From: a virus
Lineage: Duplodnaviria > Caudoviricetes
Direction: 5' to 3' (one strand)
Length of the DNA: 63,871 nucleotides
IMG/VR virus record: IMGVR_UViG_3300025012_000086
Location: 1-63,871 of that record
Shown: in pieces, positions 47,758 to 58,207 of the stretch
Numbering within the stretch: the first letter of the stretch is position 1
Layout of the letters: every line of letters begins with the position of its first letter
Translations under genes and position numbers: made by a program
The notes under the pieces: generated by a model
Seen by the model: only the letters and a program-made list of their open reading frames with translations
Database searches by the model: none
What the model was told of the DNA's origin: nothing

Positions 47758-48210
47758 ATGGCCCGTAAAGAAACCGACGTAACCATTAAAAATGCAGGTC
47801 AACCACTTACCATGCCAGAGATCGGCACTGGCGGCAGAAATATCGAGGTCATCCATGATTTCGACCCGACGCAGATTGAGGACTTCGAGGCCTTTATGAA
47901 TCAGATCCTGGTGATTATGGTTTATGAAGACAACCAGGAAGGCGCACTCAGAGTTATCACTCCTAACGTGAATGGCAACACTCAGCCTATCATGCGTGGA
48001 GTCAAGCAGAAAGTAAAGCGGAAATACGTCGAGGCCCTGGCCCGTTCCGTTGTAACGAAGTTCGACCAGAGACGGCAAGATCCTTTCGACCCGGCAAGCC
48101 TGGTTATGGTGCCTGTCACAAGACAGACCTACCCGTTCACGATCATCGCAGACCCTGACCCGCGTGGCGGAATCTGGCTTGAGATGGTAATGACCCAAAC
48201 CATGAGGTAA
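47758..48210 (+). CDS. Virion-associated hypothetical protein
   Basis: AAGGAG SD; VNG...I.RG..YVE.LAR..YPF. Confidence 0.6.
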   Translation: MARKETDVTIKNAGQPLTMPEIGTGGRNIEVIHDFDPTQIEDFEAFMNQILVIMVYEDNQEGALRVITPNVNGNTQPIMRGVKQKVKRKYVEALARSVVTKFDQRRQDPFDPASLVMVPVTRQTYPFTIIADPDPRGGIWLEMVMTQTMR

Positions 48211-48212
48211 TT

Positions 48213-48881
48213 ATGGATCGTCTGTTGATGTCGCAGAGATTAAGCAGGAAGGCCGGTGTGAACTTCGCCGGTCCTACCACAACCTTGGGTCAGACAGGTC
48301 AATTCCTCCAACTCATCGACTGGCTGGACGAGGCTTATAACGACATCCAGGGTATTCACACGACCTGGCAATTCCTGCGGAAGGAATTCAGTAAGGTGTT
48401 GACCCCGGCTGACGGATCTTATACTGCGACAGATCTGAGTATATCAGACTTCCAGGAGTTTGCGCCAGAGGACTGGCGGATCTTCCTGAATGCATCAGAC
48501 GAATCAGAGATCTACTACATGGAATGGAAGGACTTTCGGCTTGCCTATCAGATCGGCACCAGCTTGACCCAGACGGGCAGGCCGATAGCTTTTTCCATCA
48601 AACCTGACGATACTGTCGTCCTTTACCCCATCCCTGATCTGGCCTATACCCTCAAGGGGGAGTACTTCCGCGCCCATCACGAGATGACTGCAGACGCACA
48701 CGAGCCTCTATTTCACAAGGATTACCACTGGATAGTCATATGGAAGGCCCTGACCTACTATGCTGTCGAGTATGGAGAGCCTGACAAGTTCGCTACCGGA
48801 ACCAGGGAGTGCAGGAAGCTGCTTCGCCGAATGGAGAAGAAGTACCTCCCTAGAGTGACGTGGGGGGAACCGTTGGTATAA
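48213..48881 (+). CDS. Head-tail adaptor
   Basis: W.FL, G.P..F..P...LYP.PD..Y, H..IV..AL. Confidence 0.7.
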   Translation: MDRLLMSQRLSRKAGVNFAGPTTTLGQTGQFLQLIDWLDEAYNDIQGIHTTWQFLRKEFSKVLTPADGSYTATDLSISDFQEFAPEDWRIFLNASDESEIYYMEWKDFRLAYQIGTSLTQTGRPIAFSIKPDDTVVLYPIPDLAYTLKGEYFRAHHEMTADAHEPLFHKDYHWIVIWKALTYYAVEYGEPDKFATGTRECRKLLRRMEKKYLPRVTWGEPLV

Positions 48882-50944
48882 TGGCTAGGCAATCTTCCGC
48901 CCCAAGGGTGGACACGAAATACATCGAATACAAGGGCGGGCTTGACACCGAGACAGCCAGGGTGCAAATACCCTCTGGCACAGTCAGGGAGTCGAAGAAC
49001 GTCTATCAGCGCATCAATGGCGGCTACCGTACCACTGGCGGTTACGAGCGCTTCAGCGGGAAACCCAAGCCTCATGACGCGGTGTATCAAATCATCGCCG
49101 TCACCATTACCGGGTCCATCAACGCGGGCGACACAGTCACCGACAACGACGCCTCAGGATCTGCCGTGGTTATCGTCAACGCCACCACCTACCTCGTGAC
49201 CACGAAACTCTCAGGCACCTGGCACCTCCACGGTGGAGAGGTCAAGGTGGGCGGTGTCACGCAGGCCACCATGAGCGCCATCCCGGCTGCTCTGGCCGCT
49301 TCCACGAGACTACTTGACGCCCAGTACCTGAATCTCGCCGCCGACAACTACAGGGCCGATATAGCCCCTCCTACGGGGTCAGGATCGATCCTTGGGGTAT
49401 GGTTCTTCAAAGACAACTGGTACTGCTTTCGAAACAACGCAGGCGGCACCGCAGTCGGTATGTGGAAAGCTTCGGCTGCAGGATGGGCCGCAGTGGCCCT
49501 TGGCCTCAGGCTGGACTTCACGTCTGGCGGAACCTACGTGATCGCGGATGGAGACACTATTACCGGGGAAATCTCAGGCGCAACCGCAGTTGTCGGCAGG
49601 ACTGCCCTGGCTACAGGATCATGGGCCGCTGGCACGGCTGCAGGGCGGATGGTATTCGCGTCCCAGACCGGCACCTTCCAGGCAGAAACCCTGAGGGTTG
49701 GAGCCAACCTGAACGTTGCCACCATAGCCGGGGATTCGGCTGCTATCACCATCCCTAATCCTGGCGGGAGATATGAGTTTGCGAACGGTAACTTCACCGG
49801 ATCTGAAGATACCCAAAAGATGTACGGGTGCGACGGCAGGAATCTTGGCTTCGAATTCGACGGCACAAACTACATGCCAATCGAGACAGGGATGACCTCC
49901 TACCCCACTCACATCTTTATCCACAAGCAGCAGCTATTTTTCTCCTTCCGTGGGTCAGCGCAACATTCACAGCCTGGACTTCCGTATGAATGGACTCTGG
50001 TTCTCGGCGCAGGCGAAATCGGCCTTGGTGATCACATTACCGGGTTTATTTCCCAGCCAGGATCTGATGGAACAAGCGCATTGACGATATTCAGCACAAG
50101 CGAGGTATCGATCCTGTACGGGTCTAATATCAGTGACTGGAACCTCGTCTCATTTAAGCAGAATCTTGGTGCCCTTGAGTGGACTTCCCAGAGGATAGGC
50201 GATACGATATTCGTTGACAACCGTGGAATTACCAAACTGAGCGCCGCGCAGGTATACGGCAACTTCTCCGATTCCACTATGTCTGTGAAGTTTGACAGCT
50301 ACATGGATTCGAAGAAAAATCAGATCACCGCCACAGCGATCAGCCGCGAGAAGAACCTCTATATGATCTTCTTCGATGATAAGACCGCCCTATTCTGCAC
50401 CATAGTTGGCACTAAACTTGTGTCTGCTATGGAGCAGGAGTTCAACGACAAGGCGGTATGCATCTGCTCGGCAGAGGACAGCGGCGGTAATGAGTTTGTA
50501 ATGATCGGAAGCGACGACGGAAACGTCTACGAACTGTTCCAGGGAACCAGCTTCGACGGAGACGCAAGGGCCTGGTATTTCTACCTTGCCCACGACAGTC
50601 TTGGTAGTCCGACGTTCTACAAGAGATACATCGTCACGACACTAGATGTTACAGGGTTAGGGTACGCAAGCTTTCAATTTGGCTACAGTCTGGAATATGA
50701 ATCTGCCTACACACCGCAGCCAGCCCTAACAACCAGAGAGATTACTCTCGGAGACGTATTCTGGGGGTCTTTCACTTGGGGGCAGTTTTATTGGGACGGC
50801 CAGGTTCTGGTGCCAGAGAAATTCCCCACCATGGGACTTGCCACTAATATCGGCCTGAAGTTCGCAGGGTCCAGCGACTATGATGCAGAGCTTACGTTCA
50901 ACGGGAGCCTACTGCAGTTTTATATGACAAAGAGCACGAGGTGA
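48881..50944 (+). CDS. Tail nozzle / P22 gp10-like protein
   Basis: GGL..N...GY...GY.RF N-terminus, beta-propeller character. Confidence 0.7.
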   Translation: MARQSSAPRVDTKYIEYKGGLDTETARVQIPSGTVRESKNVYQRINGGYRTTGGYERFSGKPKPHDAVYQIIAVTITGSINAGDTVTDNDASGSAVVIVNATTYLVTTKLSGTWHLHGGEVKVGGVTQATMSAIPAALAASTRLLDAQYLNLAADNYRADIAPPTGSGSILGVWFFKDNWYCFRNNAGGTAVGMWKASAAGWAAVALGLRLDFTSGGTYVIADGDTITGEISGATAVVGRTALATGSWAAGTAAGRMVFASQTGTFQAETLRVGANLNVATIAGDSAAITIPNPGGRYEFANGNFTGSEDTQKMYGCDGRNLGFEFDGTNYMPIETGMTSYPTHIFIHKQQLFFSFRGSAQHSQPGLPYEWTLVLGAGEIGLGDHITGFISQPGSDGTSALTIFSTSEVSILYGSNISDWNLVSFKQNLGALEWTSQRIGDTIFVDNRGITKLSAAQVYGNFSDSTMSVKFDSYMDSKKNQITATAISREKNLYMIFFDDKTALFCTIVGTKLVSAMEQEFNDKAVCICSAEDSGGNEFVMIGSDDGNVYELFQGTSFDGDARAWYFYLAHDSLGSPTFYKRYIVTTLDVTGLGYASFQFGYSLEYESAYTPQPALTTREITLGDVFWGSFTWGQFYWDGQVLVPEKFPTMGLATNIGLKFAGSSDYDAELTFNGSLLQFYMTKSTR

Positions 50945-50948
50945 TTCG

Positions 50949-52280
50949 ATGCCGAATGAATATTACGACAGCACTGGGGCGCCAGCGAATAACTCGCTCG
51001 GCAATCCGGCATTGATAAGAGCTGAATTCGACGCCATCGAAACCGGCTTCGCCAAATTGCCACCGCTCGCCACTCACGCCAATGAAGCGGTGTTCGTTAA
51101 TGCCGGTGCCACTGCCCTTGAATCACTCACTGCAGCCAACGCCAGAACTAGGCTGGGTGCCGAGGCTTCCGCTAATAAGGATGCCAGCGGCGGATTTGTG
51201 GGCCTCACTTTGTTGAAAATCAATTTCAAGAACGTACTCGACACATTCACGTCATTCCTGACAAACTCTAATACAGCGTCAAGAACATACACTTTCCCGG
51301 ACAGCGACGGAACGATAGCGCTAACCACCGACATGCCGCTGAATGGGAGAAAGAATTGGATTATCAACGGAGACTTCAGGTTATGGAGGAGGAATACTTC
51401 CCATACGGTAACCGGTTACGGATCTGACGACAGGTGGTATGTAGGCAGTAATGGGACAACGTTCACCAATAGTAGGCAGGAGTTCTCCCTAGGGCAAACA
51501 GACGTGCCGGATCAGCCAAGATATTACTGTAGGCTGGTTACCGTGTCTGCGGCTGGCGCTGCTAATTATTGCAACAAGGAACAGCGCATAGAAGGAGTCC
51601 ACGTGTTGGCTGGGACCAGCGTAACCCTGTCATTCTACGCCAAGTCCAGCGTCGCCTCCAATATATCCGTTGAATTTGTACAGAATTTCGGTACTGGGGG
51701 TGCTCCGTCAGCTACGGTCACCGGGATAGAGGTAAACAAGATCGCTATCACAACCAACTGGGCGCAGTATACAGTAACCGCCTCGATACCGAGTATTGCC
51801 GGAAAGACACTGGGAACGGACGATAATGATTACATGGCAGTAATATTCTGGGTTGATGCTGGGGCTGATTTCAACGCAAGAACCGACACTCTCGGTCAGT
51901 CTAGTAATACCTATGAATTCTCTCATGTCCAGCTTGAGATTGGCTCATCATCCACCGAGTTCGAAAGAAGAATGGTTGGTGAGGAACTGGAATTGTGCCA
52001 GAGATATTTTCTCGGAAATTCATATGCTTCAGACACTCCAAGATTAGCATTTTCCGGAGACGTTACAACGGCTATAGACTATATAGCTAAGGGGAATTTC
52101 CCGGTAGCGATGAGGATAGCCCCAACAGTTACGCTTACACATAGCGCCAGCAGTAGGTTTGATGCAGTCGCTGGCACTGCGGTAGTTACATCTGTGTCGG
52201 TGGAGGAAACCAGGACCAGCACCAGTACCGGGTCTGCTGGATATTTCGTTAGCACGTATACAGCAGACGCGGAGTTGTGA
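50949..52280 (+). CDS. Tail fibre protein 1
   Basis: N-terminal RAEFD.IE.GF.KLP anchor; N.IING.F..W; QLE.G...FE.R..EL..CQRY. Confidence 0.75.
   Translation: MPNEYYDSTGAPANNSLGNPALIRAEFDAIETGFAKLPPLATHANEAVFVNAGATALESLTAANARTRLGAEASANKDASGGFVGLTLLKINFKNVLDTFTSFLTNSNTASRTYTFPDSDGTIALTTDMPLNGRKNWIINGDFRLWRRNTSHTVTGYGSDDRWYVGSNGTTFTNSRQEFSLGQTDVPDQPRYYCRLVTVSAAGAANYCNKEQRIEGVHVLAGTSVTLSFYAKSSVASNISVEFVQNFGTGGAPSATVTGIEVNKIAITTNWAQYTVTASIPSIAGKTLGTDDNDYMAVIFWVDAGADFNARTDTLGQSSNTYEFSHVQLEIGSSSTEFERRMVGEELELCQRYFLGNSYASDTPRLAFSGDVTTAIDYIAKGNFPVAMRIAPTVTLTHSASSRFDAVAGTAVVTSVSVEETRTSTSTGSAGYFVSTYTADAEL
51261..51314 (+). repeat. 54-bp exact repeat, copy 1
   Basis: Identical to 52596-52649. Confidence 0.95.
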
Positions 52281-52283
52281 TTT

Positions 52284-53618
52284 ATGCCAAACGAATACTA
52301 TAATCCAACCGGCGTTCCTGCGGACGGCTCCAGGACTGGCAGTCAGCCTGTCAGGGCGGAATTCGACCTAATTGAGGCTGGAGCTAACAAGCTTCCGCTT
52401 ATAGCCAGCCATGGTAGCCAGGGGATTTCCGTTAACGGAGCAGCAGATGGTCTTGAGTCGATTTCCAACGCCGCATACAATTCAAGAATAGGATCTCTCG
52501 ACAGCACCAAGAAGGATGCCGCAGACGGTTACGCAGGCTTGACCCTGTTGAAAATTAACATAATTAACGCTATTGGAACCATAGCCTCATTTTTCACAAA
52601 CTCTAATACAGCGTCAAGAACATACACTTTCCCGGACAGCGACGGAACGGTGCTGACCAAAGAGAATACCCTTAACTGGGCTAGGAGAAATGTAATAATA
52701 AACGGCGGATTCAATATATGGCAGAGGGCAACCACCCAGGTTGATACCGATGGGTATTACTCTGACGACAGGTGGCTCAACGGTAGATGGCAATCGCTTG
52801 CTACACACACCAGAGAGAGCTTTACCAATGGCCAAACCGACGTACCTGGAAATCCAAAGTTCTTCTCAAGAACCGTGGTTGCGTCGTCACCTGGCGCAGA
52901 TCATTACTGCCACAAGGAACAGAAAATAGAGAATGTTGAGACGTTGTCTGGGGGGATGGCGACGCTATCTTTTTGGGCCAAATCAGACGCCATTAGGAAT
53001 ATGGCGATTGAGTTGTATCAATTCTTCGGAACTGGAGGGGTGGTTCCGTCCGATACGGTATACGGCATAGGCTCACAAAAAATAAGTTTAACTGCTTCGT
53101 GGCAGAAGTTTACGCTGTCCATCGATATACCATCCGTCTCTGGAAAGATAAAAGGCAATACGTTCGACGAATGGAATGGTAACGACTACCTATCTCTGGT
53201 ATTCTGGTTTGATGCTGGTGGTGATTTCGACTCAAGGACTGCGTCTCTTGGCCAGCAGTCGGGTACTTTTGACATAGCTAACGTACAACTAGAGAAAGGT
53301 TCGTCGGCTAGCGAGTTCGAATTATACTCACCGCAGACAGAGTTGAAAATGTGCCAAAGATACTACCAAACTGTCGAGGTGTTATTTAGCGGCAAAGTTA
53401 CCTCTGGACAGACCTACAGAATGATAACCGACCTGCCGGTAATGCCAAGGGCGTATAATTACGGCAGGGATACTTTGTCGTCTAGCGATATAAACTTTGG
53501 CACAACAAGTTCCATTGGTGCATGGACTCACTTCTATTATTTTACGGCAGTTGCCAACGGGTCGGGCATGGGGCAATATAGGTCTACAATATATATTGAT
53601 GCTGAGCTGGAAAACTAA
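52284..53618 (+). CDS. Tail fibre protein 2 (paralogue)
   Basis: Colinear with fibre 1 over full length. Confidence 0.75.
   Translation: MPNEYYNPTGVPADGSRTGSQPVRAEFDLIEAGANKLPLIASHGSQGISVNGAADGLESISNAAYNSRIGSLDSTKKDAADGYAGLTLLKINIINAIGTIASFFTNSNTASRTYTFPDSDGTVLTKENTLNWARRNVIINGGFNIWQRATTQVDTDGYYSDDRWLNGRWQSLATHTRESFTNGQTDVPGNPKFFSRTVVASSPGADHYCHKEQKIENVETLSGGMATLSFWAKSDAIRNMAIELYQFFGTGGVVPSDTVYGIGSQKISLTASWQKFTLSIDIPSVSGKIKGNTFDEWNGNDYLSLVFWFDAGGDFDSRTASLGQQSGTFDIANVQLEKGSSASEFELYSPQTELKMCQRYYQTVEVLFSGKVTSGQTYRMITDLPVMPRAYNYGRDTLSSSDINFGTTSSIGAWTHFYYFTAVANGSGMGQYRSTIYIDAELEN
52596..52649 (+). repeat. 54-bp exact repeat, copy 2
   Basis: Identical to 51261-51314. Confidence 0.95.
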
Positions 53619-53646
53619 GCAGGATAGTTAACTTGAGAGTATAATT

Positions 53647-54099
53647 ATGTATGAATTCGAGGACGGCAGTAGGAAGAGGGTCAGAAACACCATTACTGGG
53701 GAGAGAAATATTTGTCCTGGAAGCTGGAAATGGGATGAATATAGGAGATGGGTCAATGGTGGCGGTATGACCAATGATTTCAAGGTCGATAAAACCGATG
53801 AGATAGAGCGCGATGTCGCCAGTGCCATAGCCGACCTTGAATCTGCGATGCATGAAGATGTTATGGTAGACGGTGAGCTTATCAGGGCCACCCCGATGGA
53901 GAGATCCAGGTTGGCTGGAATGCTCGCCATGGCTTCGCTCGGATTGCTACCAAACTCTGAGATCATGATGTCGAATGGAAAGGTCAAGGCTGTTGGAAGG
54001 GACGAGCTTCAAAAGATAATCACCGCTATCCTGGCTAGGGATAATGAGCTTTTAAAGTCTGCGGTTGATTCCGTAGCTACTGCAAGAAAGGCCAAATAA
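53647..54099 (+). CDS. Tail fibre assembly/chaperone-like protein
   Basis: W.EY..W..GG N-terminus; follows fibres. Confidence 0.5.
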   Translation: MYEFEDGSRKRVRNTITGERNICPGSWKWDEYRRWVNGGGMTNDFKVDKTDEIERDVASAIADLESAMHEDVMVDGELIRATPMERSRLAGMLAMASLGLLPNSEIMMSNGKVKAVGRDELQKIITAILARDNELLKSAVDSVATARKAK

Positions 54100-54103
54100 G
54101 CAC

Positions 54104-56668
54104 ATGGCATTTCGTGGCTTCAATTCAATCAACGAGTGGCAAAACGCAATATCTCCACTCGTTGATGATTACAAGAATCTTAGGTATGATTACGATGCTA
54201 AGGACGCAGAGATAAACCAGCTTAATCTGGCAGCGTACAATTTTCGCATGGCCAATAAGGAGGCCTTCGATAAATTCAGAGATGCTCACAATAAATCAGA
54301 AGAACTGTATCGTAAACTTATAAGCGATGGTATTGACGCTTATTCGATACAAACAGATCCGTCACACGGCTGGATTGCCGCCAGGGCCGAGCGTGACAAC
54401 CTCGCCATACTGTCAGAGAATCATCCAGATTATGAGTCTATAAAGGCTGGCAGGGTTAACGCCATAAAAGAGAAGACTGCCATCGACATTAAAGCCAAAG
54501 AAGTGGCGAGGAGCATAGAGTCTGTCGGAGATAGAATTAATGTTTCCGGCGGATACGAGTCTTCTGGAAGAAAGTCTGACTTCGAAATGGAGTTCGACAA
54601 ACAGCTTAGTGAAATAAATACAAAAAAACAAGAGATAAAACAGGAGTACGAGAGGGTTACCGGCGAGCCATATGACAAGATGTCAAAGGCAAGCCCAGCC
54701 TCATCAGTTGCCATCAGGGCGTTGGCTGAATTACAGGAGAGAGAGAGGGTTCTTTGGGCATTCAGGAAGTCGCAACCAAAGCAGCTCGCCCCAAGGACAG
54801 ACCCCACGCCTAGCAATATCGATAAGATGGATTCTCAGATAGAGGCTATGAATAATGAAATAGCAGAGCTTGAGAAAATTTGGCTTTCTGGTAACAAGTA
54901 CGATCAGCATCTTATCCGATTGATAGCCAGCGGTGTAAGGACCGACGTTGGTATTCTAAGCGCAAGGCGCGACGCTGTCGTAACCGAATTCCAGAAGCTT
55001 CCGCAAAAACCAAGCATATCTGGCCAGCCAAGCAAGACATACAAAACTAAGGCTCAGGTGACGGCGTCTGGAGGAGCGACTAAGACTAAGGCCATTCCTG
55101 TTTATGGAAAGTTGAAGATAACGCCGTTGCCACGCGGCCAAAAACCTGATACAGAAATAGAGCTTCCTGAAGCGTCTATCGATCCAGTCCTCGACCCGCA
55201 AGACGCAGTATTGGATATGCCGCTTCCCGAGTCTGACGTACAGCCAGCCACGCAGGACCAGCCAGAACAACCACAGACCTACGATGACATCGACTCTCAG
55301 CTTCGTGATATAAACGAACAGAGAGCGGCATTGATAAAAGATTATGAGGCAGCAACTGGGCAGCGGTATACCGGAACTCTGAAGGGAGAAGAGGCTTCGG
55401 CCTACGTTCCACTACTCAGGGAGCTTCAGGAGAAGGAGCGTATCTTGTGGGCCTCCAGAAGGGCGGTTTCTGGCCAATTCGAGCTTCACGACGCAGACGA
55501 TATACAACCCAGCCAGGAAGACGCGCCTGTAGCGGATATCATAGAGCCAACTCCGCAACCAGTCCAGCGTGGTGCGGCAGAACAGAACGTCATACTCGAT
55601 GAGCAGACATTCACCGACCCCCGGAAGTTATACGCAGACAGATTGTCACCAGAAAGGCTGGCCTCAATAGAAGAGGCGTTCTCTTCCATCGCTACATTAA
55701 AGGGCTTTCTCTCCAGTCAGAATATCGACTATAGCGAACAGGATATCCAGGTTGGCGGGATTAACGCTGAGCCTAGTGGTGGTGAACTACTTTTGCGTGA
55801 CCAGGTGGTTATCGATTATCAGCCACCTCCCAGCCAAGGCGGTATTACTATTGAGCCTGAATTGACTTTAAGGCCCACCGGCTTTACAGTTACTAGAGAA
55901 AAACAACCGAAATTGAAATTGCCAAGGGGGGCTACCTATATGGCGGAACCGGATTATTTCGAACAAGTTCCTGGATTCAAGCTGCCGCAGGGCCAGTCAA
56001 CCCAGTCGGCGGCGACACCAGTAAAACCAGATGAATCATATATCAAGCCAGGACTCGCCACCGTTGAGGGGCGGGTTGAAAACCTTATCAGGACCGATAA
56101 TCCGCTTACTCAGGCGGCTGCTGCTGCCGCTGAAAGGAAGTATCAGGCTAAGGGGCTACTGCAATCGTCAGGTGCCGTCCAGGCCGGGGTTGGTGCTGCT
56201 ATGGAACAGGCTGTCCAGATCGCAACGCCTGACGCAGCGCTCTATGGAGGTCTTGCGCAACAGCGGCAACGTACCGACCTTGAGACATCCGTCAACAACC
56301 AACTCGCAGAAATCGAGCGGAAGAAGTTTGAAAACAACGCGCTGATCACAGCCTCCCTGTCTTCTCAGGATATTTCCGGGAAAAAGGAACTCCAAACCCT
56401 GGCCGATACCGCAGCCAAGGAGAGGATACAGCTTGAGAATGAGTGGAAGGACTACCTGTCTCAGAGCCAATACGACACCGCTGAAACCCAGGCCCTCATG
56501 CAGTCAGCTGGGGCGATGGGCCAGGAGCTTACCGGCAGTATCGAGCGCCTGCTCAGGGATACCAATATCGTCAATAAGCAGGACGCCATCGCTGCCCTTA
56601 TGGCCCAGTATAAGGCGCAGCTCAACACTGTGGCCGCTACCGCAGGCATAACTCTTGAATGGGACTGA
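54104..56668 (+). CDS. Internal virion/ejection protein
   Basis: C-terminal GLLQSS.AV.AG...A..IA.PDA..Y; helical. Confidence 0.6.
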   Translation: MAFRGFNSINEWQNAISPLVDDYKNLRYDYDAKDAEINQLNLAAYNFRMANKEAFDKFRDAHNKSEELYRKLISDGIDAYSIQTDPSHGWIAARAERDNLAILSENHPDYESIKAGRVNAIKEKTAIDIKAKEVARSIESVGDRINVSGGYESSGRKSDFEMEFDKQLSEINTKKQEIKQEYERVTGEPYDKMSKASPASSVAIRALAELQERERVLWAFRKSQPKQLAPRTDPTPSNIDKMDSQIEAMNNEIAELEKIWLSGNKYDQHLIRLIASGVRTDVGILSARRDAVVTEFQKLPQKPSISGQPSKTYKTKAQVTASGGATKTKAIPVYGKLKITPLPRGQKPDTEIELPEASIDPVLDPQDAVLDMPLPESDVQPATQDQPEQPQTYDDIDSQLRDINEQRAALIKDYEAATGQRYTGTLKGEEASAYVPLLRELQEKERILWASRRAVSGQFELHDADDIQPSQEDAPVADIIEPTPQPVQRGAAEQNVILDEQTFTDPRKLYADRLSPERLASIEEAFSSIATLKGFLSSQNIDYSEQDIQVGGINAEPSGGELLLRDQVVIDYQPPPSQGGITIEPELTLRPTGFTVTREKQPKLKLPRGATYMAEPDYFEQVPGFKLPQGQSTQSAATPVKPDESYIKPGLATVEGRVENLIRTDNPLTQAAAAAAERKYQAKGLLQSSGAVQAGVGAAMEQAVQIATPDAALYGGLAQQRQRTDLETSVNNQLAEIERKKFENNALITASLSSQDISGKKELQTLADTAAKERIQLENEWKDYLSQSQYDTAETQALMQSAGAMGQELTGSIERLLRDTNIVNKQDAIAALMAQYKAQLNTVAATAGITLEWD

Positions 56669-56669
56669 G

Positions 56670-57203
56670 ATGTTTATAGCCAAGCCATCGATACACCGAT
56701 ACTCCATCATCGACGCCGGGCGACTTACCAGGTTATTCAGATCTGACGGAATATTTTTTGCTTCAGGTGATGATTTTTCCGACATAACCAAGCTCGCAGC
56801 TTTCGTTGAGAATAACCTGCGAACTGACCACGTGTATATTCTCGGAAAAGACCCCAGGTATGAGGCTTTTGTTTTCCTGCCGATGCACACTACCTCGTGC
56901 TTCTCTGCGCATTTCGCCGTCAAGGACGGGCACAGGGGTAGGGAGGCATTCGGCCATCTCGTGGAATCCGCCAAATGGGTATTCTCAAACACGCCATGCA
57001 GGGCCATAATGGGATTCATTCGAGCGGCAAACAAGGAGGCTCGCATGATGGCTTCACATGTTGGGATGAAGAGGATTGGGAGAACAAATGGAACCATGAA
57101 GTTTAATGGAGAGATGGTTGATGAAATTATCTACCAATGTACCATTAATGACTTTAATGAAAAATATGGCCGCACCCTTGGGGCCATAGTGAAGGAGATC
57201 TGA
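56670..57203 (+). CDS. GNAT-fold acetyltransferase-like protein (P22 gp14-like position)
   Basis: H.A...RG..W.F..I...N..A...A...GM...G. Confidence 0.65.
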   Translation: MFIAKPSIHRYSIIDAGRLTRLFRSDGIFFASGDDFSDITKLAAFVENNLRTDHVYILGKDPRYEAFVFLPMHTTSCFSAHFAVKDGHRGREAFGHLVESAKWVFSNTPCRAIMGFIRAANKEARMMASHVGMKRIGRTNGTMKFNGEMVDEIIYQCTINDFNEKYGRTLGAIVKEI

Positions 57204-57205
57204 TT

Positions 57206-58207
57206 ATGCCTTGGTTTGGAGCGATAGGTGCATATGTTGCTGGTGCCGTAGGGGTCGCCTTGGCTTCCGCCAGTATTGCTGCTGTTGTAGTTGGTGTTGT
57301 CGCGACCGCCGTTGTCGGAGCTGCTGTTGGCGCTTTGTATGCAGGAGTTACTGGCGGTAACATCGGCAAGGGGGCTTTGTGGGGGGCATTTGGCGCTGTG
57401 GCCCTGGTTGCCGGTGGGTCAGTTATATCCAGCCTTGTTGGCGGTGGAGCTGCCGCTGGCGGCGGTGCGGTGACTGTCGGCAATACTGTTGGCGGCGGTA
57501 CAACAACAATAGGCACTGGCGTGATAGGAGGCGGCGGCGCTGCTGGTGGTGGTCTTTTTACCGCCTCAAACGTAGTCGGAGCGGCAACCGTTGTCTCGTC
57601 TCTCGGCTCAGCCTTTATGAAGGGAAAGGCCGAAACCAGCAATATGGAAAGCACTATCCAAGGCCAGAAAGACATGCAGGCTGAATCGCTCGCTTCGGCT
57701 GAAAGGATCGCCGCAGCAAACCGCGAGGCAGCAATGAAGCAGGCCGAGCTTTCCGCCCAGGTTTCCAGAGAGAAGACCGCAGCAGAGGTCGCCCAGGCAG
57801 AAGCAGAGCGGGGGCAAAAGGCAGAACAGTTCTCTAAGGAATTCGAAGAGAGCGTGTTCCGTGATAGGACCGACAGGGAAGAGAAAGAAAAGGCCAGATT
57901 GGCTCTTGAAAAAGGGGTGACCGAGGGAGCGCAATATGCTGCGGGAACCACTGTAACGGCCTCCCCGGTAGAGGTCAACCGGAGGCGTAAGGAGTTGCTC
58001 AAACCTTCCTGGCTGGCTGCTGAAGAAACCCAGGCAGGAGTAACGGCCACTGGTCCGCAGGAGGGACTCACCCCAGGAGGCCCTGGAGGGGCACCGGCTC
58101 CAGGGGCACAGCAACAGGTCGCTCAGCAGGCTGGGCCAGCACCAGGTACACCGACTGTAGTTCCTACTGTGCAGCCGCCCCAAACCGGGTTGCTTGGAGT
58201 TGCGTAA
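57206..58207 (+). CDS. DNA ejection/pilot protein
   Basis: Gly/Ala-rich hydrophobic N-terminus then coiled coil. Confidence 0.6.
   Translation: MPWFGAIGAYVAGAVGVALASASIAAVVVGVVATAVVGAAVGALYAGVTGGNIGKGALWGAFGAVALVAGGSVISSLVGGGAAAGGGAVTVGNTVGGGTTTIGTGVIGGGGAAGGGLFTASNVVGAATVVSSLGSAFMKGKAETSNMESTIQGQKDMQAESLASAERIAAANREAAMKQAELSAQVSREKTAAEVAQAEAERGQKAEQFSKEFEESVFRDRTDREEKEKARLALEKGVTEGAQYAAGTTVTASPVEVNRRRKELLKPSWLAAEETQAGVTATGPQEGLTPGGPGGAPAPGAQQQVAQQAGPAPGTPTVVPTVQPPQTGLLGVA

Noticed and set aside
50949-53618. Diversity-generating retroelement or invertase shufflon acting on fibres
   Set aside because: No reverse transcriptase or invertase; repeats are direct, without adenine-specific mismatches
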